A stretch of 56,787 bases of DNA, taken from positions 372,001 through 428,787 of the forward strand of contig JASANG010001519.1 in the NCBI GenBank assembly GCA_030248215.1. The letters run 5' to 3'. This DNA is from Enoplolaimus lenunculus. Lineage: Eukaryota. Shown in pieces: positions 51,101 to 56,787 of this stretch. The notes under the pieces are model-generated. The model saw nothing but the letters and a program-made list of their open reading frames with translations, was not told the DNA's origin and did no database searches. Position 1 is the first letter of the stretch. Each line of letters opens with the position of its first letter. A program made the position numbers and the translations under genes.

Positions 51101-54100
51101 CACAGCGGTTTAAGACGTACTAGAGTTTATTCCAACTACTCAGAAAATTCTAATTTTAAGTCAAGTAGAGAAAGGTATCTGCATAGGGTTAGCTTCACCA
51201 GAGCCCCTAGTTTAGAACTGGTTAAAATGTAAAAACTTATATATATACACAGTTGTTGTGTCGATGTGTAGACAGCAGTATTTTGAGTTAGATATAATCC
51301 CCAGAAATAGCTTTAGTTAGAATGCTAATATTTCTAGCGTCCAGCAGTGGGGTTTTGCATGCGAAGCCTACTGGCTTTTGCTCATGCCCGGTATCAGGTC
51401 AACATGCTAGACGGGATCGAAAACTATGACGGGGCATGACGGGACGTCACAGGACATGGAAAGCAGGGTTGAAATTTCCGAACAACGGTCAATTTTTTGA
51501 AAGGGGTCATTGAGTACCCCTGGTTTCACTCTTGATATGGGTACATTCATAAAATCAAGAAAGTGTAGACAGGACACAATTCTAATTTCAGTGTTTCGAA
51601 TTCGCTTAATTAAGCTTCAGCCACTACTTTAATACTGACAAAGGCAATGAATAATTTAAATGCTGAAACGTAAGTTTTGCATGCGTAGAAAATTAGATTC
51701 TCAGGAATTCTACTTGAATTCGGTTCACAAATATCTCTGGAGATAGCCAATTGCAACAAATTCCACCGATCAAGTGGTAAATATAAATTTTTCAAACGGC
51801 CAGTAGGTTATAGCTAAGTCTGCAGCTGGTTGTTTGGAAATAGTGTTTTCCAAATATGAGCCCATGTAAAGATCAGGAGCGGAACGTTTTTCTCTGCGAC
51901 TAAAATAGAGCAATGTCAAGGATTAGACTAATTTTCATGCCTGGCATAAGCTTAGGCTTAGGTTTAGGAATATGCTGTTTCTTACGCTTATAGGCTTAGG
52001 CTTAAAAATGTACTTATAATACTGTTCCGCCACTGTTCTTTACATTGGCCCACAAAATTTTTCAAACCGCTGCGATTTTCAGTGGCAGACGCAAGAGTGA
52101 TGGATAGCTAATGTATTACTCTACCAGTCCTGCAGTATTCAAAATTGTACGATGCCAACTGTTCGTCTGATGCTTTTAGTCACAGAGTGTTTTCTATCCC
52201 AAATAAAAGTGAAAAATATGGCAAAATCACAAATAGAATTTAAAAAATTTTGCGTATTCAGCGCTATTGGTCAATCTTAAAATAACCAAATATTACAGGC
52301 AGTTGAGAATGTGCTTAAAAACTAAAATTTCATAACACAAAACGAATCTTCACAGCCACCAGAGAACATTTCGCATCTGTCATTGGTTTTACAGTCTCTA
52401 ATATATTTCAAATATTAAATTTTTTAACATTAGCGGGGTATTTGATAAGTTCCTCCAAGAATGCAAAATACAAGAGTGTAAAACTCTTGGGGTTCCGCGT
52501 GGTGAAAAATGTACCACCGGGAGTTGCGGTTTTGGCCGACCCCCATTGTTTAGAGGAAAGTAGTCGCTATGACATGAATACTCCTAAATTAAACAATGAG
52601 GGGAGCATGTTTGAAGCCGCATACATGAAGTGTCATGGTTCGCACCGGTTGTACCCGTATCTAAACAAAGGGGGTAGCGCAGAAACTCAACGCCGTGTCG
52701 GGTACATTGTTTTCTACGCAGAGTATACCCAGTTGCATACTCTTGTTTAAGTATGCATCATCCACTCTTGGTTCCACCTAGAAATTTTCAGCTTTTGGTA
52801 TAAACCTAACCTTTTTTAGCACGTGGGATTCTAAATGTACAAATGTTCAGTGGTTAAATTTGATTTTTGTTCAAACACAACAAAATTGAAAACTATGATT
52901 GCAAGTGGCCAATCAGGCAAACGATTCAATGAAACCACAAAATAATTTACATTTCTGAGAAAAACCTAATCATAAGGGTGGCACCCTAATCGACGTGCCG
53001 CCCTGTCGGTAGCCGTCCGGCGCTGTGTGTCGCTGTTCATCACCGTGCGAAATCGTACATGAATAATACCGCATACGATATCACACGTGACGAAAGGCGA
53101 CGGACGATAACGGACGATGCCGTCCGGGGACGCATAACGCCTGGCACACACGGAGCGAGGCGGTTGCCGTACGGTGCCGAACGGTGACATACGGCGCCGT
53201 ACGTCATCAAAAGTATAGCGCCACCCGGACTCGTTTCATTTTCATTTACCTTGACCTGTATGATTTTCGTCGTCATCTCCGCCACTATCAGGGGACCCGG
53301 TCAGCCTCGTGAGCCCATTGGTCTGTCCACATGGCAAAGGTCGAAATCGTTGGCCATTTGCGAAATAGCCTCTCGACGAGTCGTCGTGTCCGCTATGTGG
53401 ATACAATCCAGGGGATGGTCCGTATCCGGCTGCGGCCGCAGACAACAGGTATCCTTGGCCAAGCATACGGTACTGCAAATCCATGTGTTTGTAGAGTTGT
53501 TCTTGTTGCGATTGTTGTTCCTTTTCCGCGGCGCAGGTGCGAATTACACGGTTTACTGAGGATACCTGAAATTTTGCGGTAACTTTAAGACTAAATATAA
53601 TCTCACCTTGAAGAAGATAGCTAACGACCGCCAATAAGCCAAGTAAATACAATTAAAATCGCTGCGAAATCAATGACCCAACCAGCAGTAGCGGGCCAAT
53701 GTATTGAACAGGGTTGGATCGTTTTCCGAACGGGCTATAATAGAGTCAGTTTAAGCTTTAGCCAAATTTTTTGCTTACGCTTAGGATTAGGCTTAGGCTT
53801 AGGAATAGGCTCACCGATACGCTTAGGCTTAGGAATAGGCTCATCGATACGCTTAGGCTTAGGAATAGGCTCATCGATACGCTTAGGCTTAGGAATAGGC
53901 TCATCGATACGCTTAGGCTTAGGAATAGGCTCATCGATACGCTTAGGCTTAGGCTTTTAGGCTTAGAAACTTAGCAAATATGCTTCATGGGCCGAGTAGC
54001 GAGTCCAGAATAAATAAGTGTGCCTGAATTGAAATGTAACGCATCACAGACAGTTGTGTAACCATTGAATTGCGTGCACTTACACTAGGCACATTATTGA

Positions 54101-56266
54101 TATTGCAAATGCCATCCTTGAGCAGTTGATTTATGAATTTCCCAAGCGAAAATTGACGGATTTGCGTCTTTGATCGCTGCGATGGCTTCTTTGACCCGAT
54201 TGGTTGCAACCCGCGGTTTACTGCCTCCAGTTGCTGAGGCAATGGATCGTTCCCGATTCGTAGTAGCGCGATAGGATTTTAGAGACACAGCCGTTCTGAC
54301 ACCTAGAATAATTTGTTGAGGGTGACACACAGAAAAATCACCAGTTAATTATAAAAAAAGCAGGAGCCAATGTTACTTTAAGGGCGTCAAAGGTTTCTGG
54401 TGGGTTTATAAAGAGTAGGTTTAGATTATACATTACATTTATTGATTAGGCTTATGCTTAGGCATTGTAACACATTTTTGCAACGCTTAGGCTTAGGCTT
54501 AGGCTTAGGAATACGCTTAAATTACTGTTACGCCCCTAAAAAAGTAACACTGTTCAAATTTAGCCCGTGTATGAGAAAATTGAAACAGAAACGTTTTCGG
54601 GCGGGCTGCAACAGAGCAAGCGTAAGCTTTAGACTAATTTTTTTGCTTAGACTTCGGCTTACGCTTAGGCATAGGCGCATTTGTATGTTAGGCTTACATT
54701 GGCCTAAAATTTAGAACAAAACATAAAACCACAAATTTTCGTACCGAAGTATCGGAAAAACATTAAAATTAACAAAACAAAACATTTTTCAAAAATATAT
54801 GTTGATGAATCTTGTTCAATTTTAGCTCACATATTGCTTTGTATTCGTTAAAACAATGGAGAGAAGTTTGGTGCGGTTTTTTTTTAAATGGTTAACGAGA
54901 TATTGCAAAAAATCGTCAAGTGTCCTGCATTGAAAGCTTTTTTAAAAACTGGCGGCCCTTCATACGAGCTTTTCTACACTGGAAATTCAAATGAGTTGAT
55001 TAATCAATTCAGCTACACAATTGAGTTTTTTCTGAATTAATATCAGTAAACATAAACTCACTCTGAGTTGATTTCATTCTCAAACTGAGTTGAATTGACT
55101 CAGGGCGGGTTGGTTAATTAACTCAGAATGAATTGAATCAACTCAAAATTCTGAGTTCTGATAGTCCTAACTCAGACTGTGTGATTCAACTCATTCTGAG
55201 TTAAAATCAACGCACTGAAATTTACAGTGTATACCTGCAATTGCCTCGATATATCGCACGGTTTGTGTCCGGCCATCGCAAGTTTGAGGATTTGTTCGCG
55301 AACATGATGCGGCAGTGGACGACCGTTGACGTACTGACCACCAAGCTGATTGACACCTGTGTGTCCTGTTGCCATATCTGAAACCAGTAGAAATTGTTTT
55401 ACTCGATTTTTTTTCATGCAAAACATGGCTAAACTGCAAACGTTGCTCAAGGAAATAAAGTGTCAGAAAGTGTTTTTAAAATTAGCTTTTAAAAAATTAT
55501 TACAACTATGAACGGAATTTCTCGTTTTAAACAGCATCTTTCAGCGTATTTTGTTTTGGCAATCGGAAACTATTTTAAAATGAATCGCTAGTGTAGCAAA
55601 ACGCTAATAGAAACGTTTTGCTTTCGAGCGTGTGTGTCAAACCGCTATCTTAGTTTTATCAGAATTTAAAATTTGGAAAATGAGTTTGTTTGCTTAGAAC
55701 GATTTGATGGCTGAATATAGAAAAATTAAATAAAATTGATATTCTTCTATACTACATTGTACACTTGTATTTTAGAATCTTAGGCGAAGCAACATGTTTT
55801 TAATGTTTCTGGCCAAGCCAGGCACGCAAGGACAAAAGTTTCAGAGGATATCGATCCGATCTGTGAACTCCAAGAACAATACACGAATGTCGCTGACCAC
55901 ACTAAAAACCCACCACAACTACGGGTTAGACTTTCAATATTTCAGTGTTTTGTATAGTACTATTTTTGGCATAAAGGCGAGTTATGGACACAACTGAGTC
56001 GGGCACATAGCTGGGGGGGGTCTTGGTTTCCTTGGAAAAATTTCAACTTAGCTTGTATGCCATCAAAAACCCTGTATGCCCCTCTTGAAAAATCTTTCGC
56101 CTCTCCTAGCAAGGTGAGCTGGCTTCGGGTCTGAAATGGTATAATATTCAATATCTGTAGCGCTCATATAATAAACTAAAATTATTCCTTGAACGAATCA
56201 TGATTTAGCTTTACCTTCGCGTATAAATGGCTCAGTTTGGGGCGATGCGTTGTGTGGATTAATCAT
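36164..56266 (-). CDS. pax6: Divergent Pax6/vab-3-like paired + homeodomain transcription factor (about 734 aa if exon 3 is repaired)
   Basis: Exons (minus) 56266-56215, 55377-55235, 54302-54084 (frameshifted), 53565-53250, 40043-39864, 39443-39361, 38751-38291, 37635-37079, 36360-36164. Paired domain [65 protein letters not shown]; homeodomain [35 protein letters not shown] (S50); Pax6-type intron positions incl. the 83-nt homeobox exon; P/S/T/A/Y-rich tail. Confidence 0.9.
36553..36921. repeat. 21-bp minisatellite (tcttaagaaaaaagaatttta), about 17 copies
   Basis: Direct inspection; lies in the last Pax6-like intron. Confidence 0.9.
37853..38130. mobile_element. PIF/Harbinger-like MITE (degenerate)
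   Basis: Homologous to 24919-25194; taa flanks. Confidence 0.75.
39056..39264. mobile_element. Palindromic TA-type MITE (GAGTCAAAT family)
   Basis: CACTGCAGAAAATGG...TTGCAGTG; same family as 19696. Confidence 0.8.
39659..39819. mobile_element. TTAGGC-bearing Merlin-like MITE (C)
   Basis: Perfect TSD ATTTGAAC. Confidence 0.9.
40479..40650. mobile_element. TTAGGC-bearing Merlin-like MITE (A)
   Basis: Flanks aaagcgac / aaagcgaa. Confidence 0.85.
41706..41959. mobile_element. Tc1/mariner-type MITE (CACTGTAAATTT family)
   Basis: Right end TTAAAATCAACTCACTAGAATTTACAGTG|ta; left end degenerate. Confidence 0.7.
43005..43309. mobile_element. P-like MITE, 7-bp TSD
   Basis: Shares aatgtacccggcacgcgttgcgtttttg with 1008-1314; flanks cttaaat / cttaaaa. 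Confidence 0.75.
43580..44081. mobile_element. Two palindromic TA-MITEs (43580-43792, 43882-44081)
   Basis: The second is a near-perfect 200-bp palindrome ta|CACTGTAAAAAATGGGGAGTC...GACTCCCCATTTTTTACAGTG|ta. Confidence 0.85.
44870..45006. mobile_element. Short TTAGGC-family MITE
   Basis: Perfect TSD GTGTTTCC. Confidence 0.85.
45336..45758. mobile_element. Tc2/pogo-like MITE
   Basis: ta|CTGTAGAGACCCGAATAAGAG...CTCTTATTTGGGTCACTACAG|ta. Confidence 0.85.
46489..46932. mobile_element. Tc2/pogo-like MITE
   Basis: ta|TTGTAGTGACCCGAATAAGAG...CTCTTATTCGGGTCACTACAA|ta. Confidence 0.85.
48716..49292. mobile_element. TTAGGC MITE (A) whose left end is amplified into eight 55-bp tandem units
   Basis: aatgttacttttaggggcgtaacagtagattaagcgtatttctaag units at about 48720+55n; flanks gtactatt / gtgctatt. 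Confidence 0.9.
50408..50575. mobile_element. TTAGGC-bearing Merlin-like MITE (A)
   Basis: GGCCCGTGTTACTTTTAGG / AAGTAACATTGGCC. Confidence 0.85.
51859..52050. mobile_element. TTAGGC-bearing Merlin-like MITE (B)
   Basis: GCCCATGTAAAGATCAGGAGCGGAAC / GTTCCGCCACTGTTCTTTACATTGGCC. Confidence 0.85.
52456..52770. mobile_element. P-like MITE, 7-bp TSD
   Basis: CAAGA...CATCATCCACTCTTG; flanks gttcctc / gttccac. Confidence 0.8.
52976..53226. mobile_element. GC-rich palindromic element (Harbinger-like MITE)
   Basis: taa|GGGTGGCAC...GCGCCACCC; a similar GC-rich element is split by the Helentron-like insertion (about 28270-28395 and 29537-29605). Confidence 0.55.
53694..53993. mobile_element. TTAGGC MITE (C) with five 30-bp internal repeats
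   Basis: (gcttaggcttaggaataggctcatcgatac) x5; flanks cagtagcg / gagtagcg. Confidence 0.9.
54084..54302 (-). pseudogene. Paired-box exon of the Pax6-like gene with three +1 frameshifts (dead exon or assembly error)
   Basis: 219 nt vs the 216 nt needed for VSNG...VPS. Conserved peptide blocks lie in successive frames; the frame entered from the acceptor hits TAA at 54281-54279. Splice sites intact (ttctag / gtaagt). Confidence 0.6.
54365..54704. mobile_element. Two adjacent TTAGGC MITEs (about 54365-54555 A, about 54562-54704)
   Basis: GCCAATGTTACTTTAAGGGCG...AAAAGTAACAC; GCCCGTGTA...TACATTGGCC. Confidence 0.75.
54977..55229. mobile_element. Tc1/mariner-type MITE (CACTGTAAATTT family) inserted in a splice donor
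   Basis: ta|CACTGGAAATTC...GAAATTTACAGTG|ta; the right TA is +4/+5 of the Pax6-like intron. Confidence 0.85.
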
Positions 56267-56787
56267 TCAACGCTCGTAAATCATGAGATACTTTGAAAAC
56301 AAATAAAAGTATTTTAAAACCACTGAAATCATATAAAAACTTTGTTTAAAAGTTGATAATTATGTCTGAAAAACTTCAAATTTACTACACTGAATAGGCT
56401 TTTATATCACTGTCTCCTCTACAGTTCACTAAATTTTCAGATTAATTCATGCTATTCATAATTTAGTACGCATGTGTGAATGCAGTTGCAAGTCGCTTAA
56501 ATTTCTTGCAATCTGCAGTTTGAATGATCAATCGGAATGTTCGTTTGAAAATACTTTCAGCTGAAAGTATTTCGTGCAAGTTGCACCTGAACGTTCTCGG
56601 TACAAAAACTTGCACGTGTGATTGGAACATTCGATTTAGACTTAAGCTTAGGTTTAGACTTAATAGACACTACGGTTTAGACATATTGGGGGAATGTATT
56701 GCCAAAAACATCTATTGCAAATTTTAGATTATGATTTATAACTGTGATTTAGAGCTTGCAGTTATAAATGCAGTTGTGTTTTTGCAA

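Noticed and set aside
53673..53974. ORFs with LRLRL / GLGLG / PKPKP repeats (also 9545, 10287, 17983, 35087, 54442)
   Set aside because: Translations of (TTAGGC)n MITE cores.

Overview
Eukaryotic, intron-rich, AT-rich genomic DNA, most likely from a nematode (abundant TTAGGC telomere-type hexamers; relaxed splice acceptors suggest a non-rhabditid lineage). Three spliced genes were reconstructed by hand: (1) the 5' part of a GH38 lysosomal alpha-mannosidase (minus, 5230 to <1); (2) a complete short myosin-light-chain-kinase-like gene (plus, 21310-31603, 8 exons, 421 aa); (3) a divergent Pax6/vab-3-like paired + homeobox gene (minus, 56266-36164, 9 exons) whose main paired-box exon carries three separate +1 frameshifts while all other exons in the window are clean. 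Introns and intergenic DNA are packed with non-autonomous DNA transposons. The dominant family (about 34 copies) has GG...CC termini, 8-bp TSDs (Merlin-like) and expandable arrays of the telomere repeat TTAGGC. Also present: TA-targeting Tc1/mariner/pogo-type MITEs, Harbinger- and hAT-like MITEs, a 7-bp-TSD P-like MITE family, a DINE-1/Helentron-like element, tRNA-derived fragments and several tandem arrays. No transposase or other autonomous element is visible. Coordinates were counted by eye and may be off by a few bases for degenerate repeats.
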